DNA of 64,000 nucleotides, taken from the NCBI GenBank assembly GCA_964016885.1, contig OZ024745.1, forward strand, positions 26,350,001 through 26,414,000, written 5' to 3'. The notes below the pieces were generated by a model. It had not been told where the DNA came from and made no database searches. It saw only the letters and a program-made list of their open reading frames with translations. Positions 28,618 through 41,836 of this stretch are shown here, one piece after another; positions within the stretch are counted from its first letter, which is position 1; each line of letters starts with the position of its first letter. The translations under genes were made by a program, and so were the position numbers. This DNA comes from Eledone cirrhosa (Eukaryota).

Positions 28618-28807
28618 ATAATTGTTTCTACTTTTGGTACAAGGCCAGCAATTATCCTCGTGTATTACTGGTACTTTATTTTATCGACCCTGTAAGGATG
28701 AAAGGCAAAGTCAACCTCGGCGGGATTTGAACTCAGATCGTAAAGGGACGTAACTATGCTGGATAGCATGGCGTCCGACCCTCTACCGATACTGCTAGTC
28801 CACCGCC
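28618..28807 (-). mobile_element. SINE family A
   Basis: Full copy with A/B boxes and core. Confidence 0.85.
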
Positions 28808-29052
28808 TTATATATATAATGTTTTATTTTTACTTTCGGTGTAATATGGATCTCTACATCGATTGTTGGTCTGTAGAGGCTTGGATTTTGAAAGTGGGTT
28901 TTTCTTTTCTGGAATACAGCAGAATATTTAACATCAATGTATTTCTGGCCTTGAAATTGATCGTAGATTCTCTTCAGTACTGAATAATCAGAAACAAATA
29001 AATAGGTGTCAAAATTCGATTTCTCTCACATAATTTGACATGGACATATAAT

Positions 29053-29206
29053 AATTGTTTCTACTTTTGGCACAAGGCCAGCAATTACCCAGTACAACGT
29101 AAGGATGAAAGGTAAAGTTAACCTCGGCGGGATTTGAACTCAGACTGTAAAGGGACGTAACTATGCTAGAAAGCATGGCGTCCAACCCTCTACCGATACT
29201 GCCAAT
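29053..29206 (-). mobile_element. SINE family A, internally deleted, with 16-bp TSD
   Basis: atggacatataataat at 29040-29055 and 29207-29222. Confidence 0.85.
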
Positions 29207-29263
29207 ATGGACATATAATAATATAAATAATATTGGTGAGATAATTTACAACAACTTTTCTAA

Positions 29264-29470
29264 AATTGGCACAAGGCCAGCAATTTTTGTTAAGGGGAAG
29301 TCGAGTAAATTCACCTCATTACTTTATTGGTACGTTATTGTATTGATGCCAGAAGAACGAAAAGCAAAGTTGACATCGACAGCATTTGAAATCGGAACGA
29401 CGATTGCCGAAACTAAAATATTAAAGTTTTGTATTCCGACGATCTAACGATATTCCCGTCCACTGCCCAT
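29264..29470 (-). mobile_element. SINE family A, older subfamily
   Basis: ggcacaaggccagcaatttt plus degenerate core and B box. Confidence 0.6.
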
Positions 29471-30104
29471 ACAATATAAAATAATAGGTTGATTATGTAT
29501 CTTTTTTACTGTTTAGTCAAGAACGGAATGGTAGAGAACAGGACCCTTTTCGGATTTTGAGATTAGTTTGGACGAAAAGAGAGACAGTGGTAGATGTTCT
29601 CAAACGAGAGAGATAGCACAAACACGTGTAACACACAACGGCCATAAAGTGATTTTAAACTGGGTGACGGATTGAGTCATCCACCTCTGTGGATCGCAAC
29701 GAGATTTGAACTTAGAATGTGAAAAACCTGAACAAATACATCCACCATCTTGTTTGATGCTCTAACAAATCCATCAGTTTACCGAATGTTTACCGACATT
29801 TTGTTAGCAATCTCGAAGCGATAATCGGCAAAGTAGATGTTCTCTCAGCTGCTTCTGATCACAGGCTGGATAATAATAATAATCAAGGCATACCTGGGAT
29901 TCAATACCACTAACAGCAACATCAAAAACATAGGTTAAAACCGTACTGCCACCTAACTACTAAATTCGGGTATTAACACCAGATTACAAAGAGACCAGCG
30001 AATGTAACGCCTGCGCGTGTATATCTTATCATTTTGATGATCATTTAACAGAGAAATTTCCGTTCTCTACCCTCCTTTCTCCCTCCCTCTTTAATTTCGT
30101 CTAT

Positions 30105-30315
30105 ATATATATATATATACATGTATATATATACATACACACACATATATATACGTATGTATGTAAAAAGAAACAATTAAGAAAGTAAACGACACAGTTC
30201 AATGAAGAAATATATTAGTTTATTACTTGAAAATACATACGTGCATATTCAGTCAGATATATATGTGGCGGTGCCGCAGCATGGCCTCAGTCTGTCGGCT
30301 GGAAAACGTATAAGA

Positions 30316-30409
<94 letters not shown>

Positions 30410-30539
30410 CTGAATATGCATGTATATATTTTAAAGTGTTAAACTAATATATTTCTTCATTGTACTGTGTCGTTTACTTTCTTAAATGTTTCTTTTTAAA
30501 TATATACGTATATATATATGTGTGTGTGTGTATGTATAT

Positions 30540-30550
<11 letters not shown>
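30105..30550. repeat. Imperfect inverted repeat (about 30105-30255 vs 30407-30550)
   Basis: aagaaagtaaacgacacagttcaatgaagaaatatattagttt versus aaactaatatatttcttcattgtactgtgtcgtttactttctt; related sequence near 47950. Confidence 0.75.
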
Positions 30551-30579
<29 letters not shown>

Positions 30580-30688
30580 GCATATACATACATTCATACT
30601 TAGATACGCACATGTGCATGTGGGTGTATATCTAGACAGCTATCTAAATCATTCTCTCTCTCTCTTTCTCTCTGTCTCTCTCTCTCCC

Positions 30689-30775
<87 letters not shown>

Positions 30776-30978
30776 TTATATGTATATGCATATATATATA
30801 AAATTTCTCTTTTTCCATAGAGACAGTAAAATATCCGCAGAGAAATACAAACACGTTCATGCACTCTCACACACACGTGTACACATACATAAAAACATAC
30901 GTACATGGTTATAAACATGCGTACATACAAATATATATATATATGCATATACATATATGCATATATATATATATATAT

Positions 30979-31037
<59 letters not shown>

Positions 31038-31180
31038 TATATATTTATATAATTATGTATACATATATATATATATATTTATATATATACATATAGATAC
31101 ATACACACACACATACATGCATACATACATAGTACATACATACATACATACATACATACATACATACATACATACATACA

Positions 31181-31211
<31 letters not shown>

Positions 31212-32202
31212 GTACAGTTTTAAAAGCTCTCTGCTAGAAATATATTTTAAGTGCCCAATCTGGTTAAAATAGTAAAATGGATGTTACGAATGATAAAGCC
31301 ACTCTAACAGAATATCACCGTGGCGGATCATGATATGCCAGACACCAGTAGATGATAACAATTTTTCAAGGAAGCTTGATGCTCTTAGGAAATGCTAAAT
31401 GCAAATCCCTTTGAGGATTTCCCTAGGCGTTTTGTGTTCCACTTTTTGTTTTTCCCATTTTAATACGGAAGGAAGATCTTTATAATAGTCGTCGTCGTTT
31501 AGAATATATTCATTTCAGCTGTTCAACTGTTCTGCAGGCGACATCGATCATTTCAAATTTACTTTTCCCCAAACATGCTAGGTATCTGATTCAAACGTTC
31601 TCCTTCTTCCTATTCTTTCATGAATTTATTATTACTATTTTTATTTATTTATTTATTATCACATTTTTTTTTTTTGCATGGATATAACAAGTGCCAGGAC
31701 ATTATCTTCAGGAGAGAAGATAAAAAGATAAGGTTTTAAAATATGAAATTTGATAAACTTTAACATCAGGACTCTTTAGTTTATAACGACGCCTAGGGAA
31801 TATTAACTGTAGTCGTTTAATATTCCACAATATGGAACCATTTATTTTAAGTTAATGGCCTAAAGAAATATATTTCCAGCTGTTTAGAATAAAAGAAAAT
31901 GGAACAACAAATGTAAAAAGGAATATAAAAATATGTCGTTTACATACATCTTTTATTTTTTGCGTCTAGTTCTTTTATTATTTGTCTTTGGGGAGAAATT
32001 CAATATGTTTTTGTTTCGACCAAGATGTTAATTATATAATATTAATGATTCACACTTAGATGCACACTTGGGCATCTAGTCACATGTGCGTATATATATA
32101 TGAAGAAATTAATATATGATTCTTTAGATCTCTCAAATGATTAATCTCCCCCATTTATCTATAAAAACCTCACCTCCCACACTCTCCAGCTATGTAGTTT
32201 TG

Positions 32203-32266
<64 letters not shown>

Positions 32267-32569
32267 AAATGATAGAGATATATGTAAATAAACATATTTT
32301 CTTTTAATAAATAAAATGAAAAATTAATGAGATGAAAACTCGACGTGTAGAACTTAAAACTCGGTGAAATAACCCATTATTTTTCTATATTAAAATATAT
32401 ATTTCATTACACGGATGCGTTGTTACAGGTGTCAAACGAGGTAGTAAAATCGAGACAAACAGAACATTTATATGATCGTTCGATCCACCTCGATATGGCC
32501 TCTAAATATCGGTCAAATCATACCCTACGTCCTATGAATAAGGAAATGTTGGGTATTGTAGTACTTGAT

Positions 32570-32607
<38 letters not shown>

Positions 32608-33369
32608 ACACACACACTCTCGAAAAAAGAATGGGATGTCGGTGTATTTTTCAGCTTGATCAGTTCTGGCCTGATGATAACAACAGCAGCAACAACTATA
32701 ACAATATCAATAACAGTTAAATCTCTCGGCCTATTCAAACTAGTTGTAAGTAACTTATTCTACTATGATTCTAGATTTCACTAATGTGACGCAGTGATTA
32801 CAAAATTTGCTTCATAATCATGAGCTAATCATTGATCCTATAATCTTGGAGCCTAGGATATGGTAAATTACACTTGCAATTATGAGGATCTAGGTTCAAT
32901 CTCATTGGATTAACTTGGTTAGACATTTGCACAGAATCCCGTTGCTTCTATTCTTCCACAAGTTAAATTCATCTGATCATTCCGCAAATATATTTGTTTC
33001 TAGAATACTCAGCAGAGTTTAGCGTGTAGGTCGTTCAGTTGGAGAAGAACATACAGAGAAAACATGAATGGGGATATGAGCCAACGAGGAAACCTCTACG
33101 CGCTCACAAATGCTGCTAGAATTAATCACTAAATATCTCTCAAAATCATGCCCCATAAAATATAGCCGACCGCAGTCTACTGGCTGAAAAAAGCATACAC
33201 GTATAAATAACTGTGTGTTGATACAACGGATTACTTCTTGACGAAATAATCCTCTTTCCAGCATACATTTACAACATAATTTAAGCATCTCTATAACAAG
33301 TGTTCTTTAAGTACATTGGATGATTTATGGAAAACATATACAAATACCACACATATATATATATATATA

Positions 33370-34298
33370 CAGGGTGACCCCCAAAAAACAAAACTCATAA
33401 ACATTTTATTAAATTCTACAAAGGTCCAGAAAATTTCTTGAAATTTGCTGGACTTAAACTTCAGTCTATATACGATCATTCCCCAAAGTTTCAGTTTTCT
33501 TGGTCGCTTTGCATAAAAGTCATGTTCTTTCCAAAATATGCTCCAATATGGGCCGATAATGCCATGTTTAGAGATTGTTACCCATGCTGTGCACTTTGTT
33601 AAGTGCAACGGCCTCTGTAACACATCCTCCGGTGAGGCTGTACCCCAATAAACATTATTTTTGCTGTTTACATGTCCTGACAGCAGAAAGTGCGCTTCGT
33701 CAGAGAACCAAACACGATCCAAGAAGTCTGGATTGTCTGCGATTGTGTCACAATACCATTCGCACATGGTTACGCGTTTTTCCATGTCCGCCTCCGTAAG
33801 TTTGTGATTTATTTGGATATGATAAGGATACACATGAAGATCTGATTTGAGAACACGCCTCAAAGACTCTCGAGAGATTTCCAGCTCTTGACTGAGTCTC
33901 GTACAGCATCAATGTTCCTTTATGTCCTAGCACTCACCTCCGACCAGAATAAGTGTCTCTCAGACATTTAGAATTAAGATTTTGCACAGTCCTATTCTCT
34001 CTGAACTTCTGAACCCAGTCAAAAATTCTGCTTTTGATGGAGCATGACGACACCGAACCTGTCTCCGAAAATTAGTTTGCACTACAGTGTATGATTTGTT
34101 GGTGAAATAGGCCTCCAAGCAAAATATCTTTTCCTTGGTTGACCAAGACATGTTGAGGAAGATTATTGCTCCAATCTTTCATTCACAAATTCGACTTGTA
34201 TGCCCTGAAAAAGAAAAGAAGAAAAAGAAAAATTATCTGTTTTTATTCAAAGCCTTGTGGGTTCTGTTTTTTTTTTGGGGGGGGGGCGTGTCACCCTG
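33370..34298 (-). mobile_element. Tc1/mariner DNA transposon, maT/DD37D-like, internally deleted
   Basis: TA-CAGGGTGA...TCACCCTG-TA termini inside (TA)n, enclosing transposase remnants. Confidence 0.88.
33540..34151 (-). pseudogene. Transposase fragment (N-terminal HTH and first catalytic Asp)
   Basis: MSWSTKEKIFCLEAYF...APSK; VWFSDEAHFLLSGHVNSKNNVYWG...PLH..KCTAW...GIIGPY; remaining DDD motifs deleted. Confidence 0.85.
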
Positions 34299-34310
34299 TA
34301 TATATATATA

Positions 34311-34386
34311 CAGGTTATCCAAAAATAATGTATACAGACTTCAACAGCTTTTTAATCAGTGTGTATACATTTTTCGGGACACCCTG
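34311..34386. mobile_element. Tiny Tc1/mariner-type MITE (76 bp)
   Basis: TA-caggttatccaaaaataatgtataca ... tgtatacatttttcgggacaccctg-TA; relative at 53509-53608. Confidence 0.7.
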
Positions 34387-34689
34387 TATGTATGTATGTA
34401 TATATGTATATATATATATATGTCTGTGTGGGGGTGTAGGGGTGGGGGTGTAGAAAATAAAGCTGGAATTGCAGGGAATATTTAAAATTTCAATTCTACT
34501 GATGAATCAAATGTAGATATATTTGTTTTGTCTAATTAAAAATAATAAAAAAAGAGAATTTTAAAATACTTTTCTGTGCCTTTCTGTCTTTATTTACATT
34601 CTGTAGTTTTTGGTTTGTATGGAAATGTATCACCAATTTTAACTTATTTTTTATATAAATATAGAAGGCTCCACCTAAAAGTAGATCCC

Positions 34690-35545
34690 GTGACTGCTGA
34701 AGGGATGAAGACACTCGGGCCTGCTAACTATCACATACATTGACTAGCTGGATGATATCCTCATGCTCACCTTGTCGCGATGATAACTTCAACAATGCTG
34801 ATGACCATATAGGCTTCGCAATCGAGTAGCCAAATACCGCAGGATTCCGTTTCCTGCTCGACTTCATACTAAGAATTATAGGGAAGGTGGGGCCATATAC
34901 ACCAAATTCTATAAAACGATGCATGCAAAGACCTATTTGGCACTATGATTCTGCCCGACACTGCAAATCAAAAATGGGCTAGATGTAGAACTTGATCTCC
35001 CAGGTACACAAATTATGTCGCAAGATAAGTGACGGAAACACCAACACAAATGAGTTTCAAAGAGTCCTCACTGAAAAAGTCTACCCAGCTTCTCTCACCA
35101 AACTCCAGGATACTAACACACTGCCAAGGAGGGAACGTACGTCTAGGGATAACATATGTTGTCTAAAACTTCCAAATTTCAAGAGAGAACTACAACTACT
35201 ATCTAATAAACTATCTGTAAAAGAAGTTCTGAACATACAACTGGCACTCGCAGGAACTCCCTTTGAGGAGACTACTTTCCAGTCCCCGACACATGTACAC
35301 CGATTTTTTAAGCACGCTCACTAACTATCCTATCAACAATGCGAAAAGATGCATGAGATCTTATGTGGGTTAAAGATCACCTGCACAACCCGTGGTATCA
35401 AGGACATAAGAAGCACTCTCCGGAAGTTATACATACGGATCAAAGGACATACGACGATGAATACCTCCTGTCAAAAACAGCTAGAGAACATCCGAGAAAT
35501 TGAGATCACCATTGAGACCACCGAGAGGAATGTCGATAATTGACC
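34690..35545 (+). pseudogene. Old Penelope-like element relic (RT thumb + GIY-YIG)
   Basis: IPF(L)LD, IYTKFYK and HYDSA fragments across frameshifts resemble the PLE thumb; LKITCTTRGIKDIRSTLRKLYIRIKGH resembles YKITC..C...YIGST.R.L..RI.EH. Confidence 0.6.
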
Positions 35546-36121
35546 GTTGGTGGAAATGTAATATGTATTTTTATGTATGTGATATTTATTAATATTTGTC
35601 TATATTTATTACCTTGAATATTCCAATAAATTTTAGATTTAAAAAAAAAATGATTGAAAGGGGCCACGAAGAAACTTTTACGCTCACTCTTCCAAGAATT
35701 AGCAACGCAACGCATTCTCTCTTGAAAAAGGAGTTAGGAGACAATTTAGTCCAGGATATATTATGAAAAAATAAGAAAAGAAAAATAGTAACAGCAACAG
35801 CACAGATCGAAACTAAATGATACTTTAAAATAAGTATATTTTTATGGGTTAAGTTGGTACGTATGGTCTAGTTGGTGTATACGAAAATAACATTTTGGAC
35901 ACTACATCACATATTACTGGAGCCACTGACGTCAGTGTGCAGACAGTGAAGAGAATGTTTGTGTTATCAGAGCCACTGTGCTGTTATTACTGTCATTCAG
36001 GGAGGAGTCTGAGGAGATAAGCCGATCTATTAGACAACAGATTTATAACACACTCAAACATTACTCTTTCTATCTTTCCTCCTCTTCCTCCTTTTCTTTT
36101 TTCTCTCTCCCTCCATCGCTT

Positions 36122-36157
<36 letters not shown>

Positions 36158-37094
36158 TAATGTGTGCGTGTATGTGTGAATATTTACTTATAAGTACATG
36201 TGCACATACATAAACAAATGACCGCGCACGCACACACCCATCCACACGCATGCACAAACACATGAAATCACTCACATACACATTCAAATAATCACACACA
36301 AACACATTCATGTATATATTATCTGAAAAGATTTTACACTCTGTGTATTGTTATCAATACCATATTCTCTGACTTAGACACAAGATTTGCTCCCTCGAGA
36401 GACTTGTCTATAGATATAAAGGGTAAAAACAAGAATTTTATATCTTTATTAGTTTAAGATTAAGTGAAGACTGTGATTATATATAGTTTTGAAATATATA
36501 CGTTCAAAAAAGCAATAGCAACAATCATTTCAAAATAGAGACACTTTGAAATATTCTATGGAGTCTAAATAGATCTTAAATTATCAGTCACATTACGGAG
36601 GTATTAAGTTTATACATTTATATCATAGCATGCACACAGATACATGTTTTATTACTTCTGAGCTGGAAGGACTGTGTACATATATAATCTTTACAGGCTC
36701 TCATGGATGGCGGTGAAAGGGATCACTGAAGGATAAAAATGTGGTTATTACTTGTTTTATAGGCTACCGTTTGTGGACAAGATTTAGTTCAGAACTATGC
36801 AATTCTGGAGTAAAATCATTCTCTTCAAGTCAATATATACACTTAAGTCAAAGTAGGAATAGTGAGGCTTTAATGTGCTGCTTTAAATTGTTGGAGAAAA
36901 TAACCAGACACATGCACTGCATTAAAACCAAATAGTAATGCCGTTAATTACATAGTATAGTATGCCAAGAAATTGTAATCAATTTAATTTACGGCAGAGT
37001 AATGACGTGGAAAATGAGTCTGATAAAGATATGTAGGCTTTTACCGACAGTATCCGAGAGTATCACTAAAAGAACACACACGGGGGAGAAGCAA

Positions 37095-37320
37095 CTCTTC
37101 TTCTTCTTCTGCTTCTTCTAGTGAGTCTTGTAAGACACAACCATCTCCAATTGATCAAGCTAGATCCACGTGCGAGACCAGCCTAGTTCAGGGATGTTGT
37201 CCAATGACTCTTCTTCTGTTGGTTTGTTTTGCCCGTAAAGTCTCTCCAACGATTGTTTCTCGAGATATTCTAACTACATGCCGTAATATCGGAGCTGTGA
37301 TCTCTCAATTTGGAAAATTA
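37095..37320 (-). mobile_element. RTE LINE 3' fragment
   Basis: Homologous to 27278-27620; (GAA)n tail seen as cttcttctt. Confidence 0.7.
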
Positions 37321-37373
37321 CTACTTGGAGTGATTCTCTTATCTCCGGGCTACACACCATAGAAGATAGTTAA

Positions 37374-37565
37374 TAATTGTTTCTACTTTTGGCACAAGGC
37401 CAGCAATTATCCAGTACATTACTGGTACTTTATTTTATCGACCCCGTAAGGATGAAAGGCAAAGTTAACCTCGGCGGGATTTGAACTCAGAATGGCAAGG
37501 GCCGTAACTCTATGCGTCAAAGCATGGCGTCCAACCCTCTACCGATACTGCCAATTCACCGCCCT
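37374..37565 (-). mobile_element. SINE family A, full-length, 12-bp TSD
   Basis: atagttaataat at 37366-37377 and 37567-37578; intact A and B boxes. Confidence 0.9.
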
Positions 37566-38430
37566 TATAGTTAATAATAAATGCGAATATGAAGTTGTGT
37601 GTAGAGGTGAATATGGAAAGAAGTTTGACGCTATCATCGTAAGAGCTCATTAGGCTAGAGTGTATAGCAAGTAGGAAAGAAAGAACAGCTTTGAAAATAT
37701 ATCTCACGCTGAAGTATACCCAAATAGGGGGATTATACTTCATCAAATTATACTCCAGTAGAGTAGTCTCAACAGAAATAACACAATAAGCATTAAAAGA
37801 AACGACGTTACATGTAAAGAAACGTTTAAGGTGATAATGAAATAATTACTAATACATCACTTTCATGGATTCTGCCTACTATTACTATATTCGAATAGTA
37901 ATCACTTTATCCGGAGGATAAGATCTAGTGAGATCAAGGTACATCAAGAGAATTAAGAATTTTACTGCTCCGAACAAAATGGAGATTATTTTATTTAAAA
38001 CGATGAACTTTGTGCGCATGCGTATTTATCATTTATAATTCCTAAATAATTTAGACTCATAATTTTCAACTAACGCTAGAGAAATAGCTCACTCTGCACA
38101 ATAAACATTAATATGTAACGTATCTTTCCCATAAGATCAATTCTGTAATAGAAAACCGGTAACATTGCATGACAAAAATTATACCCCACTTATGTTACTG
38201 CTACTCGAGTATGAACGTGTGTTTTTATCGCCAGATGATTATCCATCACCTATCGATATGAAAATCTGATTAACGATGTATTATAATGAACGGAATATAT
38301 TTCTAAATATATTTAACTTTACAACTTTAAGAATATTGGCTTCATTAGATTATTAAGTGAGGAAACGACCGAAGCTGTGTCGATTGTATTCGATAAGCTT
38401 CGTTATATATATATATATATTTATATATAT

Positions 38431-38792
38431 AAACGTTTGAATATGTGTAATAAAGCCAAAACAATGCAGGTATGGACATAGAAAAAAGAATGCAATTGTA
38501 AAAGATATTGTTGACAATTCGTCCTTTACCTTAGATTTATTTAAATGTCCTTAATTTTCATGATAATATCTCTTCTTCAGAGGGAAATAAAGGTCTCAAA
38601 CCAGCGTTCTAAATATCTTGCCAAGCCATGCTGACATTTAAATAAATCTAAGGTAAAGGACGAATTGTCAAGAATATCTTTTACAATTGCATTCTTTTTT
38701 CTATGTCCATACCTGCATTGTTTTGGCTTTATTACACATATTCAAACGTTTATACCTCATTACACAATGCTTCAAGTGAACTATAACCTCCT

Positions 38793-38795
<3 letters not shown>
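38431..38795. mobile_element. Fold-back mini-element with hammerhead in the loop
   Basis: 119-bp arms 38431-38549 / 38633-38751; extra tail to 38795; (TA)n on both sides. Confidence 0.88.
38549..38583 (-). ncRNA. Ultra-minimal hammerhead motif
   Basis: CCT-CTGAAGA-agaGATA(t)TATCat-GAA-AATT-A-AGG; stem III reduced to the AATT palindrome; weak stem II. Confidence 0.55.
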
Positions 38796-38873
<78 letters not shown>

Positions 38874-38912
38874 AAAGAATAGAGGTGTAACACATGAGTT
38901 GTGATATATTAG

Positions 38913-38969
38913 TAGAGCGCCCGTGATGTTTGCTCTAATCAAATTAGAGCAAACATCACGGGCGCTCTA
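38913..38969. repeat. Perfect hairpin, 27-bp arms, 3-nt loop
   Basis: tagagcgcccgtgatgtttgctctaat-caa-attagagcaaacatcacgggcgctcta. Confidence 0.95.
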
Positions 38970-39229
38970 TCTCAAAATTATTTTTGAAAAGCATTAGAAA
39001 TGCGCAACCGGTAAAAACTTTTAAAACTAGAACTGAATACTAACCAATACTTATTACTAATTTATACTTATACCTAATTAAACTATTTTTTCACTGGGAA
39101 AAATTTGTCAGCATTTTCTTTTCCTTTTACTAATATATATATATATATATATATGTATTGAAATTTCCGTTCGAAACAGAAAAGGTCGTAGAAGTGAAGA
39201 GTGCTCTATGTAAGTATCAGAGCAAAATT

Positions 39230-39433
39230 TAATGTATAAAAATCAATACAATATAATTACCTCATTACCAGAGGTTTCCCGAATGAGGCGAATACGAAAG
39301 AAACGTCTTCATTCGTTCGTCAGACGAAGCAATATTGCCTCGTCTGACGAACGAATGAAGACGTTTCTTTCGTATTCGCCTCATTCGGGAAACCTCTGGT
39401 AATGAGGTAATTATATTGTATTGATTTTTATAC

Positions 39434-39437
<4 letters not shown>
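39230..39437. mobile_element. About 208-bp palindrome with a hammerhead on each strand
   Basis: Centre gcaatattgc near 39333; plus strand CTGACGA(39344)-a-CGAATGA...TCATTCG-g-GAA-ACCTC(tggtaat)GAGGT-A; mirror copy on minus; short stem I. Confidence 0.82.
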
Positions 39438-39482
<45 letters not shown>

Positions 39483-39547
39483 AAGAGCGGACGTAAAATG
39501 ATGATGATGATATATATATATACATACAGGGAAGAGCGGGACGTAAA

Positions 39548-39588
<41 letters not shown>

Positions 39589-39603
39589 ATATATATATAT
39601 ATA

Positions 39604-39886
39604 TATATTAAAATATAAATATTAATAAAATAGATGCTCTTTTGATCAATTACATTTTATTATACATATTTCGGATGTACAACAGTACGTCCTCATCAGA
39701 CGAAATATAATGATACATGACATACTCTGAGATGTTAAATGGTTAAATCTTAACCATTTAACATCTCAGGGTATGTATCATTATATTTCGTCTGATGAGG
39801 ACGTACTGTTGTACATCCGAAATATATATAATGAAATGTAATTGATCAAAAGAACATCTATTTTATTAATATTTATATTTTAATAT
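39604..39886. mobile_element. About 280-bp fold-back with a hammerhead on each strand
   Basis: Loop near 39747-39749; arms about 140 bp with few differences; starts at a (TA)n tract. Confidence 0.88.
39782..39840 (+). ncRNA. Type I hammerhead ribozyme
   Basis: TATATTTCGT-CTGATGA-GGAcGTAC(tgtt)GTACaTCC-GAA-ATATATAT-A-ATGAAATGTA; mirror copy at 39651-39709 on minus. Confidence 0.88.
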
Positions 39887-39981
39887 GAATAACTCCGGAA
39901 AATCTTTTTCTCGTAGAGTATTTCCAATCTACTGTAAAACTCATTCTTTGACATAATCATTGAATTTCGTTTAACACTTTA

Positions 39982-40965
39982 ATATAAACGGAAAAAATGA
40001 AACAAAATTTCAGTTCACACTCTTAGTACGGCTGTTACTTAAATATAAGTATGTATACGTACATACATATATGTATACAGACGTACAGTAGTATATATAT
40101 ATATATACATACATGCACACATATATACATGTACGTATGGATTCACCGAACATTTATTATAATGCTCGGTGTGTTTGTAAATAAACATCCCGTATTAAGC
40201 CGTAGTGTCTAGCAACCATCGTTGCTCGTTTGTTCAACACTGACAAAGAACGCTGTACTAGTTTCAAGCTTATTAGCTATCGCCAGCAACGTATACCTTC
40301 CTGCCAGATGATTGAACGTCTGAAAGTATATACTTTCCTTATGCATATTAACAGCTGAGCAGCCTAATTTGCATATCGAGTGGGTTAATCAGCCGGGTGC
40401 ACCGAAAACGATAAACGGAAAAATGAAACGAAATTTCATTTCCCACTCTTAGTACGGCTGTTACTTAAATATAAGTATGTATACGTACATACATATATGT
40501 ATACAAACGTACAGTAGTATGTATATATATATATACATGCACACATATATATACATGTACCTATGGATTCACCGAACATTTATTATAATGCTCGGTGTGT
40601 TTGTAAACAAACATCCCGTATTAAGCCGTAGTGTCTAGCAACCATCGTTGCTCGTTTGTTCAACACTGACAAAGGAACGCTGTACTAGTTTCAAGCTTAT
40701 TAGCTATCGTCAGCAACGTATACCTTCCTGCCAGATGATTGAACGTCTGAAAGTATATACTTTCCTTATGCATATTAACGACTGAGCAACCTAATTTGCA
40801 TATCGAGTGGGTTAATACGGGATGTTTGTTTACAAACACACCGAGCATTATAATAAATGTTCGGTGAATCCATACGTACATATATATATGTGTGTATGTA
40901 TATATATATATACATACTACTGTACGCCTGTATACATATATGTATGTACGTATACATACTTATAC

Positions 40966-40970
<5 letters not shown>
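39982..40970 (-). mobile_element. Tandem 427-nt hammerhead-containing repeat (retrozyme-like) with terminal inversion
   Basis: Two head-to-tail units (HHRs at 40251 and 40678) plus an inverted partial unit at about 40812-40967; no ORF; ends in (TA)n. Confidence 0.8.
40678..40718 (-). ncRNA. Minimal type I hammerhead ribozyme
   Basis: CGTTG-CTGACGA-T-AGCT(aata)AGCT-T-GAA-ACTAGT-A-CAGCG; GUA triplet; the copy at 40251-40291 has CTGGCGA. Confidence 0.88.
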
Positions 40971-41005
<35 letters not shown>

Positions 41006-41544
41006 CCTGTGTTTATACGTGTGCACGCGCAACGGTGTGTGTTGACAGACAATCACAAGTACGTACTCTATGCTAAAATAAGAAGTGTAATTCTTTACAC
41101 TTCGCGACTCTGACACACAAGTTTTTTTTATTTCAGTTTATATTCTTCTAAAATGCTTGATATTGGTTGTAACACACCCGCATTCTTTATTTGTTTGACA
41201 TCCCCCACCGCGTGAAATGGCGGCAGGATAGATGCCAGTCTACACACATAAAATGAAATAAAGTGCCCTGCCCAAGAACACACCGCATCGGCCGGTTCAG
41301 GAATAGAACTCCCAACCTCACTTCAGCTTTATCATTATTAGTTATTTATTATTTTCTCAAAACACTTTCGTCACACATAATGGGACCACCTCAATGACTT
41401 TTTATTCTTCTTCTGTCTTCTTTCTGATCTCATTCCATTTACTCCATTTCGCCTTTCTATATGTTTCCTTGTGTGCGCAAGCGTTTGCCACTGGTCCTCT
41501 GTGTGTGTCTATGTGTTTGGGATGCCAGACAGACACACACTGGT

Positions 41545-41747
41545 ATATATATATATAATGAAAAATGGAACGGGAACAAAACAGAGAGGCAGTACGAACA
41601 AAGGTTTATTAGTTTCACGCTCTTGAGAGTGTGTGTGTGGGGGGGGGGGGGGTTCGGGCATAAGCCCTTCTTCAGGCAAAAAGTGGGTGGAAAGAGAGTT
41701 CGGAGGGTGTGTAGGAAAAAACGGGTCGTGGGAAGGTGTGGGGAATG

Positions 41748-41750
<3 letters not shown>
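41545..41750 (-). mobile_element. Neptune-like PLE 3' end fragment with damaged hammerhead
   Basis: CTGAAGA-A-GGGC(ttat)GCCC-GAA then poly-C; downstream ctcaagagcgtgaaactaata resembles 46260 and the Neptune 3' UTR. Confidence 0.6.
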
Positions 41751-41836
<86 letters not shown>

